From Sedimentisphaeraceae bacterium JB056 (lineage in GTDB: Bacteria > Planctomycetota > Phycisphaerae > Sedimentisphaerales > Sedimentisphaeraceae), in the NCBI GenBank assembly GCA_044440125.1, contig JBITAJ010000002.1:1-64000 (forward strand): DNA of 64,000 nt, given 5' to 3'. Below, one piece after another: positions 38,894-48,842 of this stretch. Both the position numbers and the translations under genes were made by a program. Positions within the stretch are counted from its first letter, which is position 1. Every line of letters starts with the position of its first letter. Under the pieces are notes generated by a model that saw only the letters and a program-made list of their open reading frames with translations, was not told where the DNA came from and ran no database searches.

Positions 38894-39730
38894 TTATCTA
38901 AATATATCATTAAGTACTTTTGCCGTTCTCTCAGGCCTACCTGATTCGTAAGGCAGGATCTCTGCTGTAACATAGCCATCGTAACCTATCTGCTCCAACG
39001 CAGTCTTAACCTGCGAAAAATCAACATCACCATCACCAAGATCAACGAAACCCTCTGCCCCAACCTTGCCATTCTCAAAATCCTTGATATGAACTCTTTT
39101 AATCCTTTTACCAAGAATACGGATCCAGTGTTCCGGATAGCCGGTTTGAATCACGTTGCCGATATCAAAGTAACTTCCAACTCTCTCAGAGGCAAAACCA
39201 TCGATAAAATCTCTCATTTCAAGCGGACTGAGCAGAAATTTATTCCACACATTTTCGATACATATACATACCCCGCATTCTTCTGCGGTCTCTATAAGAC
39301 TGGAAACAAAATCTTTCGCTCTTTGATAACACACATCATAAGGCACAACTTCTCCATCAGGCATAAAGAATACATCAACAGCCCCCGGAACAAGCAAATA
39401 TGCATCAACACCAAGCCAGTTTGCAACACGAAGGGCTGTTTTTGTAAAAGCCGTCATCTGTTCCCTGATTTTCTCATCGTTACTTGTAGGAGAAGTTTCC
39501 CAGCTCTGACCACTTGCAAGAGAAGATATTTCTATTCCCTTCTTCTTCGCGTAAGAATAAATCTCCTCGCATTCGGTCTCTGTTATTCTATCAGTCAAAA
39601 CTCCTTTACTGGCTATACACAATTCAATAGAATCAAAACCAAGCATATGAGCCTTGTCAATTGCATCAAAAACTGGCAGTTTGGCCTCAAGCCCGCCTTC
39701 AAGCATCCAGTAGCTTATTCCTTTTTTCAT
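38894..39730 (-). CDS. Sugar phosphate isomerase/epimerase (hexulose-phosphate epimerase-like TIM barrel)
   Basis: Motifs ENVWNKFLLSPLE, YFDIGN and HIKDF. Confidence 0.92.
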   Translation of the reverse strand: MKKGISYWMLEGGLEAKLPVFDAIDKAHMLGFDSIELCIASKGVLTDRITETECEEIYSYAKKKGIEISSLASGQSWETSPTSNDEKIREQMTAFTKTALRVANWLGVDAYLLVPGAVDVFFMPDGEVVPYDVCYQRAKDFVSSLIETAEECGVCICIENVWNKFLLSPLEMRDFIDGFASERVGSYFDIGNVIQTGYPEHWIRILGKRIKRVHIKDFENGKVGAEGFVDLGDGDVDFSQVKTALEQIGYDGYVTAEILPYESGRPERTAKVLNDIFR

Positions 39731-39886
39731 TATATGTCCTCATATTTTATATATAATATCGAATTAACCTGTTCTATATATACAAAGTAGCAAAAAACTT
39801 CTTGATTTCTATGGCTAAAAGGAACAAAATAGTAAAAATAAGGAACTTAATATACTGAACACGATAACCTTAAAACGACCGAGACA

Positions 39887-40777
39887 ATGAAAAGTAAAAA
39901 CAGTGTTATAAAAAAGGAATTTGCCCCTGATACAATTGGGCACGTAATAGACGCAAAATATTTCTACTTTGCTCCTGATGAAAGAAATACAAGCGAATTA
40001 CAGTTATTATGCGGAGGATACGAAAGATGCGCCAATGATTTCCATATCAACAGAAACAAATTCCCTTTCTACGCAATGATATTTGTAGTTAAAGGAAAAG
40101 GCATCTATAAAACAAATAACGTGACATACAGCTTGCAATACGGCTCGATGATATTCATAGACAAAGGAAGCCAATATGTTCTGGAAGCAGACAAACTCAA
40201 TCCTCTTGAACATTTTGTCGTCATATTTCTGGGCAATAAAGCAAAAAAACTCTATCAATTGTCAGAATTTCAGACTGTACCGGTTAGAACTTCCGCTAAC
40301 AGTCAGACAATAACCATTCTCTTTGAAGAAATCCTGAAAATTGGTTTCAGCAAGCCCCCGTTTGCAAACGAGCTATGCAGTAATTATCTAACCAATATAA
40401 TACTCTCACAAGCAGACAAAAGCGAGAGCAATCAAATCCGCTCAGAATCCTACGACAGTTTTCTTGCCTGCAAAAAGTATCTTGAAGAGAACTATGTAAA
40501 GCTTACATCATCAGCAGAATTAGCAGATGAATGCTGCTTTGATATACGATACATAGCACGCCTCTTCAAAGAATTCGCCGGCATACGCCCATATGATTAT
40601 TTAATGAAACTCAAAACGGATAAAGCCGTAAACCTGCTAATAACATCAAATCTAAGCATGAAGAACATTGCATACATAACAGGATTCACCGACCCATACC
40701 ACTTCTCAAGAGTATTCAAGAAAAGATTAAATATCTCACCAAACCAATACAGAAAAAACCTGAATCTTAAAAATTAA
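39887..40777 (+). CDS. AraC-family transcriptional regulator
   Basis: N-terminal cupin-like domain and C-terminal IA..GFTDPYHFSRVFKK...SP.QYR. Confidence 0.93.
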   Translation: MKSKNSVIKKEFAPDTIGHVIDAKYFYFAPDERNTSELQLLCGGYERCANDFHINRNKFPFYAMIFVVKGKGIYKTNNVTYSLQYGSMIFIDKGSQYVLEADKLNPLEHFVVIFLGNKAKKLYQLSEFQTVPVRTSANSQTITILFEEILKIGFSKPPFANELCSNYLTNIILSQADKSESNQIRSESYDSFLACKKYLEENYVKLTSSAELADECCFDIRYIARLFKEFAGIRPYDYLMKLKTDKAVNLLITSNLSMKNIAYITGFTDPYHFSRVFKKRLNISPNQYRKNLNLKN

Positions 40778-40803
40778 GAGACGCAATAACATAAGCTATA
40801 TTT

Positions 40804-43191
40804 CTAATCACCCTTTTGATACTCTACAGAGAGACTTGTTTTTAACAGAAACTCTCTGGAATCTATCTTCAAATCAACAGGCAATCCTTTTAACAAAGTA
40901 AGATTGATTTTTCTCCCATCATACGAAACTCTAATCTGGCTTTGTTTCCAGAAAAATTTATAGGTAATACTTCTCCATTGACCATGCAAAACTGGTCTCA
41001 ACTCGAGTTCAAAATCTTTGGTTATATAAAGACCTCCAAAACCAAATACCATAGCATTCCATGTACCACCCATTGCGGCATAATGCAATCCCCACTCCGC
41101 ATTAAACTGATAATCACACAAGTCAACAGCGGAGCTAGTCAATAAGTTATTATAGGCATCGGCTTTAATTCCAAGTCTTGAAGCCACAATACTACTGGTA
41201 TTAGGGCTTAAACTCGACATGTGAACAGTTCTTTCTTCATAGTAATTATAATTAGATATCAACTCCTGCCTTTCTAATAAGTCAGGGAAAAGCCAAAATA
41301 GGATAATCAAATCACACTGTTTAACCGCCTGCCAATCATTAGCCGCAAAAATACCCTTAAAATTCACCTCGCCACCATACCCATTAGGCAGCGTACCGGT
41401 CTTACGCATAACAGACATATTAATATCTGATTCTTTAATAACCTTCCTGAATGGCTTCAACTCAAACCATCCATCTTGTTGCTCGATAATCCCCTTTTCA
41501 TTACACTCAGGAAGATAAAAACTTTTCATCTTATCCTCGAACTCTAAAATTTCCCCATCCGTAATGGCTATCTTCTTCTGCAGTTTTTTAATCATAACAG
41601 AATCAGTTTCAGAAAAATTTCTATACAATTTTATTGCCCAATCAACAGAGAACCAAGCAAGATAATTCGTGTAGGCATTATTTTTAGCATGAAAATGCCA
41701 CTCATCCCCTCCTACTGTATTAAGAAGCTCATATCGTTTATTCTTTTTCACCCATTCTATTCTACTACACCAATATCTAGCTATTTCAACAAGTATCTCA
41801 AGACCATAATTAAGTATAAAATCTTTATCATCAGTAGCTTTATAGTAGGACCATACACCGTAAGCAATACAGCCATTTATGTGAATCTCTTCCCTTGTAA
41901 GCCAGGGAACTCTCAGCCGCCCCCTGAATTCGTCCCCCTGCTTACCTACCCTTAAGGGTGATAAGCCAGAATCAACATCATAAACAGGGGAAGCATCATC
42001 GCCAGTATCTGCGGTTTGAACAGAATACCTTGCCCCTTTTGTATAATTAATAGCAGAAAATCTTCTTGCACCATCAAGTGTATGATAACGATACATCAAC
42101 ATATTGCGGGCAGAATCAGGGTCTTGATACACATAAAAAGGAAGCATAAAGAGATCTGTATCCCAGAACACATGCCCCCTATACTGTTCTCCAGTCAAAC
42201 CTCTGGCACCAATGCTTGTTCTCTCATCGTGCCTGGGACCAGCAGCAATGAGTTCATAAATATTAAATCTAATATTGTGCTGAAGCTCTCGATCACCCTC
42301 AATAACTATGTCAGAATTATTCCAATATTCAACCATAGCTTTTTCGTGTTCATCTTTGATTGCTTCAAAACCTATGGCCTTATATTTCTTAAGATACGAC
42401 AACACTATATCGGACAAAGCATCTTCATCCTTACTCACAAAGTAAGACTGTGCAGATGAAAACCTATCAAACACGAATTCTTGAGATTCTCTTACCTCAT
42501 TCGTATATGTTGCCGAAATACTATTATCCTTATCAGAGCGTTGAATTTCAGGCTTCGGATTTATATCTAAACTTGTAGCTACACAAATCGGATATCGACT
42601 ATCATGCAATTTACATTTGGTATAAAGACTATTATCCGCGTTTACATCAATTTTCTGAACATCATAATGGTTTACATAGAGATCCTTCCAGGTATCAATG
42701 GTCTCAGTATCAGCATCAAGGCTGTGGGTTATAGAGATATTACCGCTAAAGTTTTCAGGGCAGAGAATGTGCCTTTCAATACATATATACTTACTTACAA
42801 TAGAAACAATTCTATACGACTCCCAACTAAGTATTTTACCCGAAGGTGTCTTCAACCTTGTCCGTCGAAACACAAGACCTTTCTTCATATCAAGTTTTCT
42901 GGTATGCTCTAAAACATCACAGTCATCAACTCCAAACCTTTCGTGTTCAAACACAATATCAAGTCTCAAAAAGCATGGAAGATTAACCATATCCGGTGTA
43001 TATGAATCATTTTTATCAAAGACACCTCCCAAATAAGTGCCCATCATATTGCCTTCTGGCATTTCAGACAAACAACCCCTTACCCCAAACAACCCATTTG
43101 AAAGAGCAAAAAGTGGTTCAAGCTTCACCAATTGATTATTAGAAAAGTCACTTCTCTCAATAACCCAATCACAACTACTAAGTTGATACAT
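40804..43191 (-). CDS. GH65-family glycoside phosphorylase/hydrolase
   Basis: Motifs F.LSNG..GVRG, ARGLTGE.YRGHVFWDT, DE.H..NNAYTN, KQCD and HMSSLS. Confidence 0.93.
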   Translation of the reverse strand: MYQLSSCDWVIERSDFSNNQLVKLEPLFALSNGLFGVRGCLSEMPEGNMMGTYLGGVFDKNDSYTPDMVNLPCFLRLDIVFEHERFGVDDCDVLEHTRKLDMKKGLVFRRTRLKTPSGKILSWESYRIVSIVSKYICIERHILCPENFSGNISITHSLDADTETIDTWKDLYVNHYDVQKIDVNADNSLYTKCKLHDSRYPICVATSLDINPKPEIQRSDKDNSISATYTNEVRESQEFVFDRFSSAQSYFVSKDEDALSDIVLSYLKKYKAIGFEAIKDEHEKAMVEYWNNSDIVIEGDRELQHNIRFNIYELIAAGPRHDERTSIGARGLTGEQYRGHVFWDTDLFMLPFYVYQDPDSARNMLMYRYHTLDGARRFSAINYTKGARYSVQTADTGDDASPVYDVDSGLSPLRVGKQGDEFRGRLRVPWLTREEIHINGCIAYGVWSYYKATDDKDFILNYGLEILVEIARYWCSRIEWVKKNKRYELLNTVGGDEWHFHAKNNAYTNYLAWFSVDWAIKLYRNFSETDSVMIKKLQKKIAITDGEILEFEDKMKSFYLPECNEKGIIEQQDGWFELKPFRKVIKESDINMSVMRKTGTLPNGYGGEVNFKGIFAANDWQAVKQCDLIILFWLFPDLLERQELISNYNYYEERTVHMSSLSPNTSSIVASRLGIKADAYNNLLTSSAVDLCDYQFNAEWGLHYAAMGGTWNAMVFGFGGLYITKDFELELRPVLHGQWRSITYKFFWKQSQIRVSYDGRKINLTLLKGLPVDLKIDSREFLLKTSLSVEYQKGD

Positions 43192-43286
43192 TCAACAAAC
43201 TCCCGGAACGAATGCCCCTATAATCTCTAAATCTCATATATTTCACAAAAATATCACAACTCAAAATAATCGGCTACCTGCAAAGG

Positions 43287-44834
43287 TTATTTAGTTTTAG
43301 CGGTCAAGGTCAACAGTGTTAAGTTCTGAATCTCTTCTTCCGGTAAACGCTTTGAGAATAAACACAGAAAATAACCGGCTAAAACAGTAACAATAAAACC
43401 AGAATTACCGATAATAATAAACGAAAAACGCTTATCCGATTCGATACCATAATAAAAGAGCCAACTTGACAAGAATAAAACAACAACTGAAATTATAGCA
43501 ACAGTCAGTACCTTAAAGCTATTTATACGCGTTGTTGTAACACCAAGGATAAAAATACCCAACAAGGTACCGGCCAAACCACCCCATATACCTGAAAGTT
43601 CCATTATTGTAGTAACCGCCTGTTCAGATATCCAATTTATACCTAATGCAACAGAAATCATAAAAACTGCCCACAATACCGTAAGTTTTTTAGCTATTAC
43701 GAGCTGTTGCAGCTCAGAGGCATTAGGTTTAATGAATCTCTTATAGATATCTTTAAGAACAACTGCCGAAAGACTATTAATACCAGAATCAAGTGTTGAC
43801 ATTACCGCCGCAAAAAGCCCTGCCATAATCAACCCAGGAACAGGAGACGGTAACATAGTTGCTATAAAGTATGGAAATGCCTTATCACCTGTTAATCCTG
43901 ATGCTTTAGCAACTTCAGCACCTGCCTGACTATAATATGCAAACAAGCCCAATCCAATAAACCAAAATACACTTATAAGCGGGAAGATAATCAGCATATT
44001 CGTATATGCCGCCCGTTTTGCCTCACTAAGGTTTTTTGTTGAAAGGAGCCGTTGGATAGTCAATTGATCTGATGCAAAATTACTAAGTGTGGCTCCCATT
44101 GCGCCCAATATTAATAGCCACAAAGTAACACGTTTATGCGGATCTAAGGATAAGAAGTCTAAGCCGAGATTGAAACCTCTACCGTTTTGAAATGAATAAG
44201 TTATTATTCCTGTGAAACCACCATCAACATTAGATACAAGACCTATTATCGCCGCACCAACTCCACCAATCAACACAACAAACTGCAAAACATCTGTCCA
44301 AACAACAGCTTTCATTCCCCCCATCGTTGTATAAAGCGTACCCAAAACACCGGTTAGCAGAATTGTAATCCAAACCGGCCACCCAACAGCTGCCTCAAAA
44401 GCTTTTGCCGAAGCATATAATACTATTGCTAAATAAAATGCACGTGTAGCTAAAAACAATATGCTCGCACTTAGACGAACTTTCGGAGAAAAACGTCTCT
44501 CAAGATACTCATAAGGAGTAAACGAACCTAAACGATAATAAAAGCCTAAAAACATAGTCAAACCCAACGGTATAAAAAGAATACCCAACAATCCACCAAT
44601 CCACAAGCCCAAACCATGCTTATATGCCTCACCAGGAATTGAGACAAACGATATTGCACTAAAAAGAGTTACAACCATTGATATCGCAATTGCCCACCAG
44701 GGAATATTTCTCCCGCCAAGCAGATAATCCGCTGTATCATTCTCTTTCATTGAAAATATCACACCCAGAACAATTACTATCAAAGAGTAGGCAATCATAA
44801 CCACATAATCACTTGTCATAAAAACCGGAGTCAT
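43287..44834 (-). CDS. Sodium:solute symporter (SSS), paralog of 22523-24112
   Basis: Motifs DYLLGGRNIPW, FSAISFVS.PGEAYK, GGMKAVVWTD and AAVMSTLDSG. Confidence 0.95.
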   Translation of the reverse strand: MTPVFMTSDYVVMIAYSLIVIVLGVIFSMKENDTADYLLGGRNIPWWAIAISMVVTLFSAISFVSIPGEAYKHGLGLWIGGLLGILFIPLGLTMFLGFYYRLGSFTPYEYLERRFSPKVRLSASILFLATRAFYLAIVLYASAKAFEAAVGWPVWITILLTGVLGTLYTTMGGMKAVVWTDVLQFVVLIGGVGAAIIGLVSNVDGGFTGIITYSFQNGRGFNLGLDFLSLDPHKRVTLWLLILGAMGATLSNFASDQLTIQRLLSTKNLSEAKRAAYTNMLIIFPLISVFWFIGLGLFAYYSQAGAEVAKASGLTGDKAFPYFIATMLPSPVPGLIMAGLFAAVMSTLDSGINSLSAVVLKDIYKRFIKPNASELQQLVIAKKLTVLWAVFMISVALGINWISEQAVTTIMELSGIWGGLAGTLLGIFILGVTTTRINSFKVLTVAIISVVVLFLSSWLFYYGIESDKRFSFIIIGNSGFIVTVLAGYFLCLFSKRLPEEEIQNLTLLTLTAKTK

Positions 44835-44906
44835 AAATAAGAATTCCTTATTTCAAATAATGTAAATTTCAATAGATTAAAATTTGCGTTTAAATAGAAC
44901 ATAACT

Positions 44907-45548
44907 TCAATATAAATTATCAAAATATTCAAAAGTCAACTCCCCCACACAGGATACAAGCTGCCCTGCTTCAAAAAGAGTATCATTTGGACCAACACCA
45001 ACAGTCAACATACCTGCAAGATGAGCCGCCCGAATGCCTGCCGCCGCATCTTCAACTACTACACAGTTCTCGGGGTGAACATTCAATCTTCCGGCCGCAA
45101 AAAGAAATACGTCTGGTCTGGGTTTACTGTTTTTAATATCGTTACCATCTACAACAACATCAAAAACATCAGAAATCCCCAATTGTTCCAGCACTACTGA
45201 AGTATTTTTACTCACAGAACCTACCGCAGTCTTAATATTATTATTCTTAAGATTACTAATCAACTCCCTGACTCCCGGGAAAACATCCTGTGGTGTTAAA
45301 CTACTGATAAGTTCACAATAATACGCATTTTTTTCATCCGACATCGCATCAAGTAGTTTTGTATCTTTTTCAGATGGAAACAACATTCTGACACAATCAG
45401 ACCTGGAAACACCCTTGAATCGCTCATTAAAATCTCTATCAAAAGAAATTCCATATTTTTGCGAAAGAGACTTCCAAGCCTCATAATGCAACTCAGATGT
45501 ACTAACCAAAACACCATCAAGATCAAAAATAACTGCTTCAATACTCAC
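44907..45548 (-). CDS. pgmB: Beta-phosphoglucomutase (HAD family)
   Basis: Motifs FDLDGVL, H..AWK, KGVSR, SKN, SKP.PDVF and EDAAAG. Located two genes from the GH65. Confidence 0.9.
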   Translation of the reverse strand: MSIEAVIFDLDGVLVSTSELHYEAWKSLSQKYGISFDRDFNERFKGVSRSDCVRMLFPSEKDTKLLDAMSDEKNAYYCELISSLTPQDVFPGVRELISNLKNNNIKTAVGSVSKNTSVVLEQLGISDVFDVVVDGNDIKNSKPRPDVFLFAAGRLNVHPENCVVVEDAAAGIRAAHLAGMLTVGVGPNDTLFEAGQLVSCVGELTFEYFDNLY

Positions 45549-45595
45549 TATTAAAAAACCTCATTTTATAAAAAACAATAAATATCCAATTGTGT

Positions 45596-47185
45596 CTATA
45601 AAGAATCTTTTCCTGCCGACAAAACCTCTATTTCCCTAATGAAAACAATTCGCTTATCTATAGGGATGATTGGAATTTCAGGACTTCTCACACGACACCC
45701 TGTATCCCAACTTGAAATCAACTCGACGGCAACAGCTTTAATTTTTAATGGCTCAAACTTAAACTCAGACTTAAAATCTTCACGACTTTGACCATTATAT
45801 TGTTCTTCTGATATAACCCCCTTTGAAAGTTTCTGCCACTCTGAATGATTCTCAGATTTATACCATAATTTATATTCACGAACAGAACACGTCCCTGAAG
45901 GATTATCTGACCATTCCAAATAACCCGAATGAACAACTATCGAGGAAACAAAATCTTCTTCTGCTAATTTTATTTCAATTAGATTTGGCATTGTCGTTTC
46001 ATATACAGACTTATCATCTAAAGAACCATCTATTATTTTTTCAGTATTATTGCTATTTGCAATAATTATGGCACCAGCGCCCCACCATCCAACATTATTC
46101 TTTTTGGCTAACGGATGAATCTGATTCCAATTATTTTTCACTAATCTATAATTTGGCCAAACATTTCCTCGTGACATAATAAGAGGCTTATTCCAACCTT
46201 CCTTTGATGCTGAACACAACGGTAAATTAGGTAAATCCAGAACTCCAGCAAATGGTTTAACCATCCATCTATCATCACAAGGTATTATTTCGCCATCAAG
46301 CATTATATTTGCTAAAAGGCCTGCAAAGCCTTTTACCGCTTTATTGTTTGCAACAATAATGATTTCATTTGAACCTTGATTTAGAAAATCAGTAATATCA
46401 TAAACCTCTCCCCTCTGCCAAGAAGAATCAAACCCCACAAATTGACGATTAACCCAAAGACAATATTCATCTTGAGCAGTTAAAGATATGAGACATTTTT
46501 TATATTTTGACTCAAGAACAAGTTCTCTTTTAAAAATCAGTTGACCGACATGTTTATAAACACCTTCAAACGATGTTACATAATGCTTCGTTATATCTAT
46601 GTATTCAGCTTCATTATACTTTTTTAGGATTTGAACATAATCCGGTAATTGCCAATTATCGAAATCAGATGAATTAAACTTACTCTCAGAAATCAAAACA
46701 ATATTCACACCCGGATACATCACTAAAAGTTCATCAAGGACGGCATGACAATATTCAAAATCTTTATAAAAAACTACCAAACTAAAAGCTTCTTTGTCAG
46801 CACAAGCCGCAGACAATGCTAATCTTGGTATATCTATCTCTGTGAAATCATAACCTGCATTAGAGTTACGATACACATCTTCAGTAAATCGTGCACTTGG
46901 ATAATACAAACAACCATTCTGAGCAACAACCCAGCATATTGTTTTCAATCCAACATTCGAACATTCACCAATAATATGACTTACCATTGGTTGTCCCCAG
47001 GAACAAGGGTATTTCTTTATCCATTCTTCAATTTTAACCAAACATGCCGGTTGCTCTTGAATCTTATTATTTTGATACCAAATCCAATTACCTTGCCAGA
47101 GTTCATTCTCATTAATGGCAGGAACTTGCCCAAAAACATTCAAGCATACCATATAAAACATTAACATTATGATTTTGAGATTCAT
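45596..47185 (-). CDS. Secreted protein: degenerate GHL10-like segment, rhamnosidase-N-type jelly roll and discoidin-like C-terminal domain
   Basis: Probable start MNLKIIML at 47185. The N-terminus aligns with 47223-48776. Contains TAQDEY.LWVN..YDIT..L..GSN. Confidence 0.6.
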   Translation of the reverse strand: MNLKIIMLMFYMVCLNVFGQVPAINENELWQGNWIWYQNNKIQEQPACLVKIEEWIKKYPCSWGQPMVSHIIGECSNVGLKTICWVVAQNGCLYYPSARFTEDVYRNSNAGYDFTEIDIPRLALSAACADKEAFSLVVFYKDFEYCHAVLDELLVMYPGVNIVLISESKFNSSDFDNWQLPDYVQILKKYNEAEYIDITKHYVTSFEGVYKHVGQLIFKRELVLESKYKKCLISLTAQDEYCLWVNRQFVGFDSSWQRGEVYDITDFLNQGSNEIIIVANNKAVKGFAGLLANIMLDGEIIPCDDRWMVKPFAGVLDLPNLPLCSASKEGWNKPLIMSRGNVWPNYRLVKNNWNQIHPLAKKNNVGWWGAGAIIIANSNNTEKIIDGSLDDKSVYETTMPNLIEIKLAEEDFVSSIVVHSGYLEWSDNPSGTCSVREYKLWYKSENHSEWQKLSKGVISEEQYNGQSREDFKSEFKFEPLKIKAVAVELISSWDTGCRVRSPEIPIIPIDKRIVFIREIEVLSAGKDSL

Positions 47186-47222
47186 AATCTTTCCGAATAT
47201 CAATTGTAAAAAAGACAAAATT

Positions 47223-48776
47223 TCACTCCCTTTCATCTTTTGGTATAAAAGGTGCAGCTCCTGGTTTACCCATTAGAGTCGATGAGACTCTTTTATTGTC
47301 CTGTAATACTGCTTGCCAACTTGCATCTGTAACAACTGTAGTAGACAAACCGTTTTCATCAATTAAATAAACTACTGCTGACAATCCACAACTACCTCCA
47401 AATGGACCCTGAGTTGCAAATGCAATAACAGTATCCTTATCTTTATCAATCTTAAATGAACCTAAAAAACTTTCTCTACCAATATCACCATGAGCAACTA
47501 TATTTCCATTAATACTTAAGTCCCACTTGCAACGACCCAAAACTTTGAATGACATTGAAACAATTGACTTACTCTCAATAAGAGTTTTACTGATTGTCTT
47601 GACTAATCTTACATTTTTTTCCAACCCTAATTTAGCCGGTACCCAAAACATGTTTCGATAATTCAATGGTGTAGATTCAAACCAGCAAATATCAGATCCT
47701 TGCATTTTAGCATTCTCTACCGCTTCCATTAACCTTGCACCATCACCATAATAAGAATAAGCAATAAATGTTTTGGAAATTGAGTTCGATTCTATATTTG
47801 AAAATGCTGATTCAGGATTACCTATCCAACCATATTGAGTCTCTTTTGGTTCTTTGGAATAATTACCCATAGCAATAGTATCACATTTATCAAGCCATTG
47901 ATTCAAGTTAACATGAGACGTATGCTCCTGGCCTTCGACCCCCATGAACACTAACTCAAATGGTCGTTCAATAGAGTTTTTTAATTGTGCGATATTGTTA
48001 ACAAACGTCCCAACAAATGAAGATCTAAAATCCATCCACTTTACATCTTTTTCTGAAATCCCAAAAGCGTTAAGACCTGTTTCATCCTCAAAAGTTGCCA
48101 TTATTTCAGGAATATATCCCCAATTTTCACTCCGTTTAGGAGCTCCTAAACGCTCAAAATCCAAGACAAGTCCATCAAAATTCCATCTCGTTAAAAGCTC
48201 TCGAACAATCTCGGTTTTATAGTTCCTATATTCCTCAAAGAAAAAACTCGGAATACCGACTTCATTACCCAATTTGTTTATATCAGAATACTCCGGATGT
48301 ATATCCATGTATTTAGACCTTACGCTATCAGCCCAACCATGTGTTTCTTCAAATGGAGTGAACCATGCATATATTTCCATACCTAATTCATGGGCGTAAT
48401 CAATAGCAAACGATAGAGAATCCCAATCTTCATACGACATGCCTCTATAGGGACAGTTAAAATATGTTGCTTCAGGGATTTCAGTTGGATAGTTAGCCAA
48501 TCCACCAGAATGAGTTCTCCACCACAAAGTCCTTATCCCGGCAGCCGCACATTTATTAATTATATATCTCACCCCGGGCTTACCCCAAGCTCCCCTTTGC
48601 CATATAAACCAATCGGTATGACTCACTGCCGCTGATTGATGTGGCGTATCGGATTTCAACGCCCAAATCATATAACAATTTTCAGGCCAATCCTTTTTGG
48701 ACAAATCAGACTGAACACTTGCAAATGAAGTTAGAGTTAATATTATGATATTTACAAGGAGTATATTTTTCATCAT
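47223..48776 (-). CDS. Secreted GHL10-like TIM-barrel glycoside hydrolase
   Basis: Signal peptide; motifs D.L..AIDYAHELGMEIYAW, HPEY and ELL..WNFDGLVLDFER. Confidence 0.78.
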   Translation of the reverse strand: MMKNILLVNIIILTLTSFASVQSDLSKKDWPENCYMIWALKSDTPHQSAAVSHTDWFIWQRGAWGKPGVRYIINKCAAAGIRTLWWRTHSGGLANYPTEIPEATYFNCPYRGMSYEDWDSLSFAIDYAHELGMEIYAWFTPFEETHGWADSVRSKYMDIHPEYSDINKLGNEVGIPSFFFEEYRNYKTEIVRELLTRWNFDGLVLDFERLGAPKRSENWGYIPEIMATFEDETGLNAFGISEKDVKWMDFRSSFVGTFVNNIAQLKNSIERPFELVFMGVEGQEHTSHVNLNQWLDKCDTIAMGNYSKEPKETQYGWIGNPESAFSNIESNSISKTFIAYSYYGDGARLMEAVENAKMQGSDICWFESTPLNYRNMFWVPAKLGLEKNVRLVKTISKTLIESKSIVSMSFKVLGRCKWDLSINGNIVAHGDIGRESFLGSFKIDKDKDTVIAFATQGPFGGSCGLSAVVYLIDENGLSTTVVTDASWQAVLQDNKRVSSTLMGKPGAAPFIPKDERE

Positions 48777-48842
48777 GCCTCAAAACTTTTAATTCAAGCA
48801 AATATGTTTTTCTGAAAAATTAATCTATCCAAACTCAAAATT

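Noticed and set aside
39089..39790. 233-aa plus-strand ORF and the other antisense or alternative-frame ORFs in the track
   Set aside because: These are shadows of well-supported genes, with no motifs or RBS support.
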